The notes under the pieces are model-generated. The model saw nothing but the letters and a program-made list of their open reading frames with translations. It did not search any database and was not told where the DNA came from. A program made the position numbers and the translations under genes. 16,708 bases of DNA from Cyanobacteriota bacterium (GTDB taxonomy: Bacteria; Cyanobacteriota; Cyanobacteriia; Thermostichales; Thermostichaceae), in the NCBI GenBank assembly GCA_033764955.1, contig JANRIL010000027.1, positions 1 to 16,708 of the forward strand, read 5' to 3'. Position 1 is the first letter of the stretch. Each line of letters opens with the position of its first letter. This document shows, in pieces, positions 1 through 10,080 of this stretch.

Positions 1-430
1 GATTTTTGCTGAGGACTTGAACCTCAAAGCGACCAGTCGTGGCATGTTAGCAAAGCATTGTCTGGATGCTGCTTGGGGAAGTTTCCTGGAAATCCTCAAG
101 TGGGTTGCTTGGAAGAGAGGAGTTTACTTCGCCAAGGTTGACCCGAATCGAACAAGCCAAACCTGTCCTCAGTGTGGGGCGCATACTGGAAAGAAGGAAC
201 TCACTGAGCGGATACATCATTGCAATGAATGTGGATATACGACTGACCGAGATGTTGCTGCTGCTCAAGTGGTAGTGCAACGAGGTCTTGTACTTGTAGC
301 CGATGGACAGTCGGTGATACTGCCTGTGGAGGATGGTTGCTTGGGAACCCCGATGAAGCAGGAAAACCCAACCGCAAGGAAGGGAAAGCCCGCGCTCTAC
401 CCGCTAGGGTGAGCGTCCGGAGTATGTCAC
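1..430 (+). mobile_element. Right end of an IS200/IS605-family element
   Basis: tnpB is followed by a subterminal hairpin CGCTC-T-ACCC-gcta-GGGT-GAGCG (393-415) and GGAGTATGTCAC ending in TCAC (427-430), a typical IS605-type right-end cleavage tetranucleotide. The exact boundary is inferred. Confidence 0.75.
2..412 (+). CDS. tnpB: TnpB-family RNA-guided endonuclease (IS200/IS605), C-terminal part, truncated by window start
   Basis: Frame is open from position 2 (IFAEDLNL, RuvC-II Glu), followed by DAAWGSF, TSQTCPQCG..HCNECG zinc ribbon and DRDVAAA (RuvC-III Asp). Confidence 0.93.
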   Translation: MFAEDLNLKATSRGMLAKHCLDAAWGSFLEILKWVAWKRGVYFAKVDPNRTSQTCPQCGAHTGKKELTERIHHCNECGYTTDRDVAAAQVVVQRGLVLVADGQSVILPVEDGCLGTPMKQENPTARKGKPALYPLG

Positions 431-2172
431 AGATTGCCGTGACAGACTAAGGCTGGTTGAGGCAACAGGATCCGCTCCCCATGACCATCCCCTAAGCGAT
501 AAAGCTTGTCGAGCAAAGCATCCAAGTTTTGCCTTGTTTGGCAGGAAATAAACAGCGCCTTGGGATAGAGCAGGCGAATATCATTCACCCATTCGGGATC
601 CAATCGGTCAATCTTGTTAAAGATCAACTGCTGCGGCCCGACCGCGAGTGGTAATTCGGACAACAGTTTATCCACAGCGGCAATTTGGTCTTCCCAGTTG
701 GGATGAGAAAGATCGACAACATGCAGCAGAGCATCCGCTTCACTGACTTCTTCGAGGGTGGCTTGAAAGGCGTTGACCAAAGGGGTTGGTAGCTCCGTCA
801 AAAAACCCACAGTATCTGTCAAGAGCAGGGATCCGCCATTGGGGGTAGTCAAGCGGCGGGTGGTGGGATCGAGCGTGGCAAATAGCTGATCGGCGGCATA
901 GACATGGGAGTGGGTGAGGGCATTGAGCAGGGTGGACTTACCCGCATTGGTGTATCCCACAATCGCTACCACAGGAATTTCCGCCTGTTCCCGTTGCTGA
1001 CGCAGGCGCTGGCGATGGGCACGCAGAGCCTCTACCTCCTGCTTCAATTTGCTGATGCGCCGTTGAATGGCTCGCCGCTCCATTTCAAGCTGGGTTTCCC
1101 CAGGCCCACGGGTGCCGATCCCCCCCCCTAGCCGCGACATCGTGCCTCCTCGTCCGGCCAAACGGGGCAATAAATAGTCCAGTTGCGCCAGTTCTACCTG
1201 TAACTTGCCCGCACGGGAACGGGCACGCTGGGCAAAAATATCCAGAATGACCTCGCTGCGATCCACCACCCGCACGCCCACTTGCGTCTCTAGCGTGCGG
1301 ACTTGACTGGGGGATAGCTCCCGGTCAAACACCACTAGGTTAGCCCCCAAATCTTGAACCAAGAGAGCCAGCTCTTGTACCTTACCGGAGCCAATCAGGG
1401 TTTTGGAGCTGGGGTTATCTCGCCGTTGCCAAAGGGTATGCAGGACTTGCCCGCCAGCGGTTTCCACTAGCCGACTCAGTTCGCTCAGCTTATCGATCAG
1501 CTCCTCGTGAGATTGTTGAGGGTCTTGTAACCCGACCAAAATAGCCCGTTCCCCCAGTTGAGAAGCCGGATGGCGAGCCTCATGCTCCACCTGGCGGGCG
1601 CGAAAAAGACGGCGAAACTCGCTCTCTAGGTTTTCCACCAACTCGCTAAAATCCTGTTCCGCCAGCAGGCTTAAGGGGATGGGATCCGAAACCCGCCAGC
1701 GCAACTCTGGATCCGGCAGCAGGTGGGCAAGATAGGTGGTTTCGATAAATCCGGTGGCGGTTCCCCCCCGCCGTCGATGCCCGCCCGCCGATGAGAGGGT
1801 CAACACCACCAGGGCATCGAGCCGTTGCAGCGCCAACGCGGTTAGGGATTTTTGTCCCGGTTCTTGACCCGCCACCTGTACGGTGACACAGCGGATCCCT
1901 GATAGGCGTTCTGCCCCTTGGCGAGGCAGTTCGAGAGCCGGAATTTGGGTTTCAAAAGGGCTACCCATACCCACACGGATGACTTGCCCCCGCCGATTGA
2001 TATACACCGAGATCGGCTGCTCCCCCAACTCGTAGCTGATGGATCCCAGTCGTTCGGCAAACTCGATAGTAATAAAACGGTTGGAGGAGAGCCGCTGCTG
2101 AAACAGTTTTTGAAGTTGTTTGTGTTGATAGGGTTTGAGACCCCGACTGTGCAGAATTTCGTTCACGCGCAA
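427..2172 (-). CDS. hflX: GTPase HflX, long cyanobacterial form
   Basis: G1 GYTNAGKS, G2 LFATLDPT, G3 DTVG, G4 NKID; HflX signatures ILDIFAQRA, GKLQVELAQL and GGGIGTRGPGE. Start codon uncertain. Confidence 0.96.
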   Translation of the reverse strand: MRVNEILHSRGLKPYQHKQLQKLFQQRLSSNRFITIEFAERLGSISYELGEQPISVYINRRGQVIRVGMGSPFETQIPALELPRQGAERLSGIRCVTVQVAGQEPGQKSLTALALQRLDALVVLTLSSAGGHRRRGGTATGFIETTYLAHLLPDPELRWRVSDPIPLSLLAEQDFSELVENLESEFRRLFRARQVEHEARHPASQLGERAILVGLQDPQQSHEELIDKLSELSRLVETAGGQVLHTLWQRRDNPSSKTLIGSGKVQELALLVQDLGANLVVFDRELSPSQVRTLETQVGVRVVDRSEVILDIFAQRARSRAGKLQVELAQLDYLLPRLAGRGGTMSRLGGGIGTRGPGETQLEMERRAIQRRISKLKQEVEALRAHRQRLRQQREQAEIPVVAIVGYTNAGKSTLLNALTHSHVYAADQLFATLDPTTRRLTTPNGGSLLLTDTVGFLTELPTPLVNAFQATLEEVSEADALLHVVDLSHPNWEDQIAAVDKLLSELPLAVGPQQLIFNKIDRLDPEWVNDIRLLYPKALFISCQTRQNLDALLDKLYRLGDGHGERILLPQPALVCHGNL

Positions 2173-2392
2173 TGAAAATTAGAAATTAGTGGATAGGTCA
2201 AGCAACGTTTTGGAGAGGGGCAGGTGAATGGAGTTGCCCTTCATCTTAGCCGAGGCATGAAGGTGAAACCGGAGGAAAGCCCCGACCTCAGTGCTTGTAG
2301 TATGAATGTAACACAAAAGCGGATTTCTCGCCATAGTTTGTAGTACAAAGCAAATGATCGGGGGGATGGCAAAGCCTTGGCTTAGGGGATCC

Positions 2393-5134
2393 CTAGATCA
2401 GTTTGCTGAGGCGCTGGCTGAGGATTTGCTTTTGTTGCTCTAGTTCTTGCCGTTGTTGGCGGTTGCTGGCGACCACCTCGGCAGGCGCTTTATCCACAAA
2501 GTTGGGGTTGCTGAGGCGGGCGGTAATCCCCTCGATTTCCGCTTCTATTTTGTGAATATCTTTGCTGAGTTTGGCCTGTAGAGCGGCGATATCCACTAAT
2601 CCTGCCAAGGGCATCAACACCTGAATGGTGCCCACGACGGCAGCAGCCACCTGCTTGGGTTCACTGTCTAGGATTTCAACAATACGCAAGGTTTCCGATT
2701 TGGTCAGATCTTGAATGTAGGCTTGCGCTTCCTGCAAAATCGATTGGCCTGCCGGATCCTGGGTTTGCAGAATCGTGGTGATTTTTTGTCCGGGGTTGAG
2801 GTTGGCTTCGGCGCGCAGGTTGCGGATGGCGCGGATCGTCTCGATCACCACCCCGAAGGATTGTTCGAGGGAGGGGTTGATCTGGGATCCCTGCGCGGTG
2901 GGATAGGGTTGCTGCGCGATGGAAGTGGCTTGAGGTGGCTGGGTGAGCAGTTGCCAGATTTCTTCGGTGATGTGGGGCATCCAGGGGTGGAGCAGTTGTT
3001 GGAGGGTTTCTAGGACAAAGGCCAAAACCTGGCGGGCGGTCTGGGCTGAGGAGGTTTCTGGTTGGCGGAGGCGGGGCTTGACCAGCTCGATATACCAATC
3101 ACAAAAATCATCCCAGATCAGGCTGTAGAGGAGGCGTGCCCCTTCCCCCAGTCCGTAGCTGTCGAGGGCTTGCCGGACGGCCTGGGTGGTGGAATGGAGG
3201 CGAGACAGCATCCAGCGATCCGCCAGTTCCAATGCTCCTGGATCGGGGGATCCCAGTTGGGCGGGGGTTTGTCCTCCCAGATTCAGCAAAACAAAGCGGG
3301 AGGCATTCCAAATTTTGTTAGCAAAGTTGCGAGCAGCTTCTACTGAGGCTGAGTTGCCGGTTTTGCGGTCATAGGCTAGGCGGATATCCTGACCGGCTCC
3401 CACGACTTCCTTAACCAGGGCATAGCGCAGGGCATCGGTTCCGTAGCGATCCAAAAGATCGAGGGGATCGATGCCATTGCCCTTCGTCTTAGACATTTTG
3501 GCACCATTTTCATCCCGCACCAGGCCATTGATATAGACATCCTGAAAGGGAATTTGTCCGGTCAGGTGGGAGGCCATCATGGTCATACGAGCCACCCAAA
3601 AAAAGATGATGTCAAATCCGGTAGACATCAAGGTGTTGGGATAATAGCGGGCAAAATCCGCTGTTGGATCCGGCCATCCTAAGGTGGAAAAAGGCCACAA
3701 ACCCGATGAGAACCAAGTATCTAAGACATCGGGATCCCGTTGCAGTTGCACCGCTTCCCCATACTGTTGACGGGCTTGGGCATAGGCTTCGGCTTCGCTG
3801 CGAGCTACCACAAAGGCTTGAGCATCGGTTCTGGTTTTGTCTGGGCTTGCGGCAGCATCCAGCACATACCAAGCGGGGATTTGGTGCCCCCACCACAGTT
3901 GACGGGAGATGCACCAGGGTCTAATTTTTTCTAGCCAGCCTGTATAGACTTTTGACCAGCGTTCGGGCACAAAGCGGGGACTTTGTTGCTCCGTTTCGGC
4001 GGCTAAACAGGTTTGTGCCATGCCACTCACATCACAAAACCACTGGATGGAGAGATAGGGTTCGATCGGCACTCCCCCGCGATCACTGTAGGGAACCGTG
4101 TGGGTATAGGGTTCGACTTTATCGAGCAGGTGATGATCGGCAAACCACTCGACAATTTTTTGGCGAGCCACAAATCGATCCAACCCCGTGAAGGGATCCC
4201 CGTTTTCATTGAGGCTGCCATCCTCGTTCAAAATATTGATCATGGGCAATTGGTGCCGCTTGCCAATTTCAAAGTCGTTGGGGTCATGAGCTGGGGTGAT
4301 TTTCACACAGCCGGAGCCAAAGCTGGGATCCACATAGGCATCAGCAATAATCGGAATCAGGCGATCTTTGATGGGCAACCGGATGCTTTTGCCTATCCAG
4401 GCTTGATAACGAAGGTCGTCAGGATGTACAGCTACCGCCGTATCCCCCAGCATGGTTTCGGGGCGGGTTGTCGCCACCACCAAATAGTGAGCGGGATCCT
4501 CGGCTAAGGGATAGCGGAAATGCCAAAGGGATCCCTGCACCTCTCGATCATCCACCTCAATGTCAGAAACCGCCGAACGACTGGCGGGGCACCAGTTCAC
4601 CAAATATTCCCCCCGATAGATCAAGCCCGCTTCATAAAGGCGGACAAAAGCTTCGATCACCGAGCGATTGAGTCCTTCATCCATCGTGAAGCGAAGGCGC
4701 GTCCAATCAAGAGAAAGCCCTAACCGCCGCAGTTGACTGATGATATTGTTCTGAGACTGGGCTTTCCAACTCCAGGCGCGGGTCAAAAATTCTTCACGGC
4801 TCAGATCAAAGCGCGTTTTCCCCTCGGCTTTCAGTTGTTTTTCCAAAACTGTATGTACGGCAATCGAGGCGTGATCGGTGCCGGGAACCCACAGCACGTT
4901 GTAGCCCTGCATTCGTTTGTAGCGGGTGACAACATCCGGCAGCGTATAGGTGAAGGCGTGTCCCATGTGCAGGTTGCCCGTCACGTTGGGGGGAGGCAAG
5001 ACCATGCTAAAGGGATCCCCAGGCTGATCGGGATCGGCGGTATACACCCCCTGCTCTTGCCAAAACTGCTGCCATTTGGGTTCCACCTCGAAGGGGTTGT
5101 ATTGACTGGGCATCAGGGAGAGATCAAAAGCCAT
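2393..5134 (-). CDS. valS: Valine--tRNA ligase
   Basis: PPPNVTGNLHMGH (HIGH motif), KMSKT (KMSKS motif), WCISRQLWWGH, DVLDTWFSS and a C-terminal coiled coil with FVDKAP. Start placed at ATG 5134 (MAFDL) rather than the upstream ORF start at 5230. Confidence 0.98.
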   Translation of the reverse strand: MAFDLSLMPSQYNPFEVEPKWQQFWQEQGVYTADPDQPGDPFSMVLPPPNVTGNLHMGHAFTYTLPDVVTRYKRMQGYNVLWVPGTDHASIAVHTVLEKQLKAEGKTRFDLSREEFLTRAWSWKAQSQNNIISQLRRLGLSLDWTRLRFTMDEGLNRSVIEAFVRLYEAGLIYRGEYLVNWCPASRSAVSDIEVDDREVQGSLWHFRYPLAEDPAHYLVVATTRPETMLGDTAVAVHPDDLRYQAWIGKSIRLPIKDRLIPIIADAYVDPSFGSGCVKITPAHDPNDFEIGKRHQLPMINILNEDGSLNENGDPFTGLDRFVARQKIVEWFADHHLLDKVEPYTHTVPYSDRGGVPIEPYLSIQWFCDVSGMAQTCLAAETEQQSPRFVPERWSKVYTGWLEKIRPWCISRQLWWGHQIPAWYVLDAAASPDKTRTDAQAFVVARSEAEAYAQARQQYGEAVQLQRDPDVLDTWFSSGLWPFSTLGWPDPTADFARYYPNTLMSTGFDIIFFWVARMTMMASHLTGQIPFQDVYINGLVRDENGAKMSKTKGNGIDPLDLLDRYGTDALRYALVKEVVGAGQDIRLAYDRKTGNSASVEAARNFANKIWNASRFVLLNLGGQTPAQLGSPDPGALELADRWMLSRLHSTTQAVRQALDSYGLGEGARLLYSLIWDDFCDWYIELVKPRLRQPETSSAQTARQVLAFVLETLQQLLHPWMPHITEEIWQLLTQPPQATSIAQQPYPTAQGSQINPSLEQSFGVVIETIRAIRNLRAEANLNPGQKITTILQTQDPAGQSILQEAQAYIQDLTKSETLRIVEILDSEPKQVAAAVVGTIQVLMPLAGLVDIAALQAKLSKDIHKIEAEIEGITARLSNPNFVDKAPAEVVASNRQQRQELEQQKQILSQRLSKLI

Positions 5135-5595
5135 AGGATTGGGAAATGCGGGTCTTATCGTAGAACCAGAGTAACAAAAAGCCAGGGATCCCTTGGCGGC
5201 TGCTGAAAGCCTCTTTCCTTTGCCCAGCATTCGGCTTCATCCCCCTCAGGCCATCCTTCCCACTTAACTAGCCACCTCCCCATGGCTGGAGACCTTAAAG
5301 TGGAAAGCATTATTTCAGAATGCAACACTTGGGACCGTTTATGTGTGAGATATTCTTTAGGTGATGTTACTTCTATTAAATTTCTACAATCCCTTGAGCA
5401 TTAAAGACAAACCATCACCTAGTGTTCAAAATCAGCCTAGTTTACTCGTCGCCGCTGAATAGCACGGTTCTAGGGAATAAAATCAGCCAGATGGGGATCC
5501 CTTAGCCAACTGGTTCTGAAAGGAAGGTATACCGGAGATGGTATTTCATTCAAAAAAGATATACCCTGAAATGGATCCCAGTTATCATTAGCACT

Positions 5596-8034
5596 ATGTC
5601 AAGACAAATACCTCCTCAATGTCAGGATCTGAGTGCTCAAGTTGAAAGTTTGCTTACCCTCCTTCAACAAGAGTCAACTCTCCGTAGTCAGCAAGATACA
5701 ACTGCAATTCAGGCATCGCTTCGCAAGGCAATCTCCCCAACGTTTGAAATTGTCTTTGCAGGTGCATTTAGCGCTGGAAAATCAATGTTGATTAACGCAC
5801 TCCTTGGCAGAGAACTACTCTATAGTGCAGAAGGTCATGCAACGGGAACCGAATGCTACATTTCCTATGCTGAACCAGATAATGAGCAGGTTGTCTTAAC
5901 CTTTTTAAGTCAAGCAGAGATTCGAGAACAAGCTGAAGTTCTTTGTCAGCGGCTTAAATTAGATCCCCCAAAGGATCTCAGTCAGATAGCATTTTTAGAT
6001 AGCTTGCAGCAAAAGGCTAACCAGATTATTGAGCAAGAAGGTGGAAAAAGTAAATCAGATAAGGCCAAGCAAGCTGATGCACTTTTCTTATTATTAGATG
6101 GCTTTAAGAACAATACTGATCGAATTGATCTGAATAGAAATAATTCTTTTTCGATGCAGCAATTTAATTTTACTAACCTTAAAGAAGCAGCAAGTTATGC
6201 CAGAAGAGGGAGCAATAGTTCTGTGCTTCGAGAAATCAAGTATTTTTGCCATCACCCACTGCTAGAAGATGGCAATATTATTGTTGATACTCCAGGAATT
6301 GATGCTCCTGTCAGAAAAGATGCGCTTCGCACCTATGAGAAAATTGAGCATCCAGATACATCAGCAGTGATCTGTGTACTTAAATCTGCTTCGACAGGGG
6401 AGCTTACTACAGAAGAGACCGAACTCATTGAGCGAATACAAAATAACCTAAGTATTCGAGATCGTGTATTTTATGTATTCAACCGAATTGATGAAACCTG
6501 GTATAACAGCCAGCTTCGGCAACGCCTTGATAATCTCATTAGCACTCAATTTCGTTCTTCGACACGTGTTTATAAGACAAGTGGTTTATTAGGTTTTTAT
6601 GGTAGTCAAATTCGATCGGCTTCTGGACAAGATCGTTATGGACTTGACACCATTTTTTCCTCAATCATTAAAGGAGTTGATGGACAAGAAGAAACTCCCC
6701 AATTTATCAATGAATTTAATCGATACTGTGGTTCTTCTGGAAAACTAGTGGGAACTTCGTTGCGACCTTCTGTAAATGGCTATGAAACTCCCCTAGAAAA
6801 TTATGTAAGAATTTTGGGTGAGTGGGGCACGGATTTAATTGATCACATGCTCAAAGATAGTGGAATCGAAAGCTTTCGATTGGGTATAACCCGTTATCTA
6901 ACAGATGAGAAGCGTCCCCAATTATTTGCAGCTTTAGCCAATGATTTGCAACCCCTTTGCATTAGTATAAGAAAGTCGTATCTTGAACTTTTTCGAGAGC
7001 TAGACAGTCAGCCTCAGCAAGTGGAAGAGATGATAACCCACGAGCTAAGGAAACTCAGCCAAGATCTCGCTCGAATCGGGGAAGATTTTGCCGCACATAT
7101 TTCGGAGGAAGTCAATCAAGTTATCAATGGTAAAGCTACTGAATTTGAATCCGATTTTCGACGGTTACAAATGAGGATGGTGCATCGATTGGATGAATTG
7201 CTCAATACATTTTCAGTTGACAGTGCCTACAGTAGAGCTATTAGTAATCATCCGCGCAACTCGACAGCCCCACTGATCGCAGTCTTGGTAGAAGCCTTCT
7301 ATTATTTATCAAATGAGCTAGAGGATATTTTGGTAGAATCTTGCCAAACTCTGATTAACAACTACTTTCAATACCTTTTAGACAAGGTTAGGAAGTCAGA
7401 CTATTATCGAGATCTTTATCGCTTGCTTGGAAATGATGGAGGTTTAGAAAAGAAACTTAAAGAAGCAGAAGAGCGTGTATCAGATATTTTAGTGAGCGGA
7501 TCCCGAAATGAATGTGATCGATATGTGAGAGAGAGTCCTAGGTTTTATGACGAAGGAACATTCTCTATTTATCAGTTTCGACAGGTTTTACAACAAACAT
7601 CCCAAACCTATGATGTGAATGGAATTCGTGAAGCTGAACCTGCTATTCGTCAACTATTGAAGTTAGACTTTGAACCAAAAATCAACCAGACGGTTCGATC
7701 CAATTTTCGTCAGCAGACAAATAATACCCTTAAGAATCAGTTGCTTCCTCTATCCAAACAGCAGGCGGAAGATTTGCTGGAAAAATATGCTCAAGCAAGA
7801 GTCTATCTGGAGCAAACACTTGCTAAAGAGGCCGAGGAGAAAATTCAAAAAAATCAACGGTTGAGGACAGAGCTGGAGGAAAATATCAGCCTATATAACC
7901 AAGCTGTCTTGGGGATCAATCAGTGTTTACAGTCTATGCAACTGGATCGTCAGCAACTACCTATCATAGCAATGACAGATTATGTCAGCGCTACTCTTGA
8001 GATATCTTCTGAGATAAAGGGTGAAGGACAGTGA
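5596..8034 (+). CDS. Bacterial dynamin-like GTPase, SynDLP/Slr0869 (KGK-clade) type
   Basis: P-loop GAFSAGKS, G3 DTPG, G4 NRID, long helical stalk, HPRN motif, Cys9 and Cys777; 812 aa; followed by KGK-domain genes. Confidence 0.9.
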   Translation: MSRQIPPQCQDLSAQVESLLTLLQQESTLRSQQDTTAIQASLRKAISPTFEIVFAGAFSAGKSMLINALLGRELLYSAEGHATGTECYISYAEPDNEQVVLTFLSQAEIREQAEVLCQRLKLDPPKDLSQIAFLDSLQQKANQIIEQEGGKSKSDKAKQADALFLLLDGFKNNTDRIDLNRNNSFSMQQFNFTNLKEAASYARRGSNSSVLREIKYFCHHPLLEDGNIIVDTPGIDAPVRKDALRTYEKIEHPDTSAVICVLKSASTGELTTEETELIERIQNNLSIRDRVFYVFNRIDETWYNSQLRQRLDNLISTQFRSSTRVYKTSGLLGFYGSQIRSASGQDRYGLDTIFSSIIKGVDGQEETPQFINEFNRYCGSSGKLVGTSLRPSVNGYETPLENYVRILGEWGTDLIDHMLKDSGIESFRLGITRYLTDEKRPQLFAALANDLQPLCISIRKSYLELFRELDSQPQQVEEMITHELRKLSQDLARIGEDFAAHISEEVNQVINGKATEFESDFRRLQMRMVHRLDELLNTFSVDSAYSRAISNHPRNSTAPLIAVLVEAFYYLSNELEDILVESCQTLINNYFQYLLDKVRKSDYYRDLYRLLGNDGGLEKKLKEAEERVSDILVSGSRNECDRYVRESPRFYDEGTFSIYQFRQVLQQTSQTYDVNGIREAEPAIRQLLKLDFEPKINQTVRSNFRQQTNNTLKNQLLPLSKQQAEDLLEKYAQARVYLEQTLAKEAEEKIQKNQRLRTELEENISLYNQAVLGINQCLQSMQLDRQQLPIIAMTDYVSATLEISSEIKGEGQ

Positions 8035-8073
8035 TTATAGCTTATTTAGAATATAGAGGTGGAGTATTGAGAA

Positions 8074-8316
8074 ATGATTCTTGAATCAGGTTCACATGTA
8101 ATACTAGACATTAACAACTCAATATGCAAAGCAAGTTTTTTTCATGAATGTGTTGCTTTGACGCCCTCTGATTTTGAGGCAAAACTTACCAATAAACTCA
8201 ACTCTAAGGGATCCATTTTTGAACAGGGATCCCTGAGTGGCATTCTTGCCAAAGGAGTAGCCTGTAAAATACTTCAACCTAAATCTGATTGTCAAAAAGA
8301 CAAATTGATGAATTGA
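8074..8316 (+). pseudogene. Truncated/degenerate KGK-domain protein
   Basis: GVACKILQPKSDCQKDKL parallels [19 protein letters not shown] of the next gene. The W..KGK motif reads CQKDK, and the ORF stops before the EF.PDE..SPLD tail. Confidence 0.6.
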
Positions 8317-8349
8317 GATGCCTTATGTTCAGGACATCAAGGGAAAACC

Positions 8350-8718
8350 ATGAATGATCGAAAATATTACTCGTTAGAAAATGAAAAACTTAAGGAAGGA
8401 GTCATTGCAATCAAGCATAGCACCTGCAAAATTAACCATTTTCTACAATTGATTGTCAATGCTTTTTCTGATCTGAAGCAGATAGGAAATCAGCTTGAGC
8501 GTTCCTTACCAGATTATTTAGTTAAAGATGCTAACCTGAGTTATGAAAAAAAGGGTGAGTGGTTCTTAGAAGGGATCCCCTGCCAAATTCTTATCCCAGG
8601 AGCTGAAAAATGGAAAAGCGGCAAAGTGAGGGTACGACTTACGTTTACTGCTGAATTTTCTCCTGATGAAACCGATGACATGGATTCTCCCCTTGACGAT
8701 ATACGGCACGGCTCATGA
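8350..8718 (+). CDS. KGK domain-containing protein
   Basis: [40 protein letters not shown] matches the cyanobacterial KGK family pattern; lies downstream of the dynamin gene. Confidence 0.85.
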   Translation: MNDRKYYSLENEKLKEGVIAIKHSTCKINHFLQLIVNAFSDLKQIGNQLERSLPDYLVKDANLSYEKKGEWFLEGIPCQILIPGAEKWKSGKVRVRLTFTAEFSPDETDDMDSPLDDIRHGS

Positions 8719-8960
8719 GCAAAACTCAACGCATACGGATCCCATTGTCGGTTCGTGAATATGTCTTAAATCGAGATCAATATCAGTGTCAAAGCTGTGG
8801 TCAACAGGGATCCCAAGAGCTATTGCAAGTTGATCACATCATTCCACTTGCTCAGGGAGGGTCTAATGACATTAGCAATTTACAAACTCTTTGTAGAACC
8901 TGCAATCAGAAGAAAAGTGATAAGCGGGATCCCCGATTTCATCCTTACTTTAGGATTTAG
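8715..8960 (+). CDS. Small HNH endonuclease
   Basis: [10 protein letters not shown]...[29 protein letters not shown] is a zinc-binding HNH signature; ATGA overlap with the KGK stop codon. Confidence 0.93.
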   Translation: MSKTQRIRIPLSVREYVLNRDQYQCQSCGQQGSQELLQVDHIIPLAQGGSNDISNLQTLCRTCNQKKSDKRDPRFHPYFRI

Positions 8961-9034
8961 TTGTCAGTCTCAGGCTTTCTTTTATGATGAGCAATGATTT
9001 AGCTGAGTATGATGTTCTTTATATCTGTTCTGAA

Positions 9035-9970
9035 TCAACCATCAACTCGTACTGAACTGTGCCAAAATACAAAACGCTTTTCGAGCCACACAAGCACAAG
9101 ATAAACAACAGTGCTCAAAACGGTGACATAGACAATGGCAGCCCAGACAATATCAAAATTAAAACGAGCTGCTTCAATCTTAATGCGAAATCCTAACCCA
9201 TAGCCCGGAGCACCAAAAAATTCTCCAACAATAGCAGCAATCACGGCCAAAGTAGCCGCCAATTTGGCAGCATGGAAGAGGTAAGGTTGGGCTTGTGGCC
9301 AACGTAAATATTGAAAATCTTGGCGCGGATCCGCCGCATAGGATCGCATCAAATCTAAATGATCATGATTAACCGACTCTACTCCTCGCACCGTATTGAT
9401 CACCACCGGAAACAAAACGACTAGCGCAGCGATCACCGCCTTAGAAGGCCACTCTACCCCAAGAGCACCCACCACTACAGGAGCCAAAGCCGGAATCGGA
9501 ATGCTGGAAAAAATCGCCAGATAAGGGATTAACCCCTGCCCCAGCCAACCAAAACGAGTCAAACCCAATCCCAATAGGATCCCTCCCCCTATCCCCGCCA
9601 CCCATCCAGCCGTTGCCTCTCGCCCAAAGGTTTGCAGACTATCTTTGAGCAAGACAGCCCGCGCTGTCCATAGCGCCCGCACCACACGGCTGGGCGTAGG
9701 CATCAGCCCCGGCGGGATCCCATAACCCACCAGCAGTGTTTGCATAAGTAGCAATCCTAACAAGAGGGTAAGCAAGGGAGGGATCCATCCCTGATAAGCG
9801 CGGGCTAACCCCCAACATCCCCGCCCCGCTAACCCTGCCGCTAACAGGATCCCCCATCCCAAGAGAGAAGCTTCTACCGTTTGTCCCAACAGGGCGATCA
9901 GGAGCATACCCACGCCATAACAGACCCAGTCGATCCAGATTTTCTCAGGTTTCAAAGTAGAGCCTTGCAA
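9035..9970 (-). CDS. ABC transporter permease, NitT/TauT (SsuC-like) family
   Basis: Multiple TM segments; SIPIPALAP, FPVVINTVRGV, EAA-like loop DLMRSYAA, AIVGEFFG..GLG. Start (TTG) uncertain. Confidence 0.88.
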   Translation of the reverse strand: MQGSTLKPEKIWIDWVCYGVGMLLIALLGQTVEASLLGWGILLAAGLAGRGCWGLARAYQGWIPPLLTLLLGLLLMQTLLVGYGIPPGLMPTPSRVVRALWTARAVLLKDSLQTFGREATAGWVAGIGGGILLGLGLTRFGWLGQGLIPYLAIFSSIPIPALAPVVVGALGVEWPSKAVIAALVVLFPVVINTVRGVESVNHDHLDLMRSYAADPRQDFQYLRWPQAQPYLFHAAKLAATLAVIAAIVGEFFGAPGYGLGFRIKIEAARFNFDIVWAAIVYVTVLSTVVYLVLVWLEKRFVFWHSSVRVDG

Positions 9971-10080
9971 GACTTTCTGCCCACTAACTTTCTATCCAGT
10001 ATAGAAAAGGATGGGAAATGCCAATGTCCAACCAAATGGCTCAACCAGGCTACCAGAATCCCGCAGAGATGAAGGGTAGT

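Noticed and set aside
2297..2349. LexA/NtcA-like motifs (AGTATGAATGTAAC; palindrome TTTGTAGTACAAA) upstream of hflX
   Set aside because: Two or more mismatches or wrong spacing relative to the consensus; not supportable from sequence alone.
2676..5206. Many short ORFs overlapping valS (also those within hflX, glcF and the protease)
   Set aside because: Alternative-frame or antisense ORFs inside well-supported genes, with no recognisable motifs.
5135..5230. N-terminal extension of ValS in the ORF track (similar extensions on glcF and sufU)
   Set aside because: The extensions are not protein-like and lie before the conserved N-termini; downstream ATGs fit better.
5520..5570. GGTATACC palindrome and similar short repeats upstream of the dynamin gene
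   Set aside because: Too short and degenerate to call an operator without comparative data.
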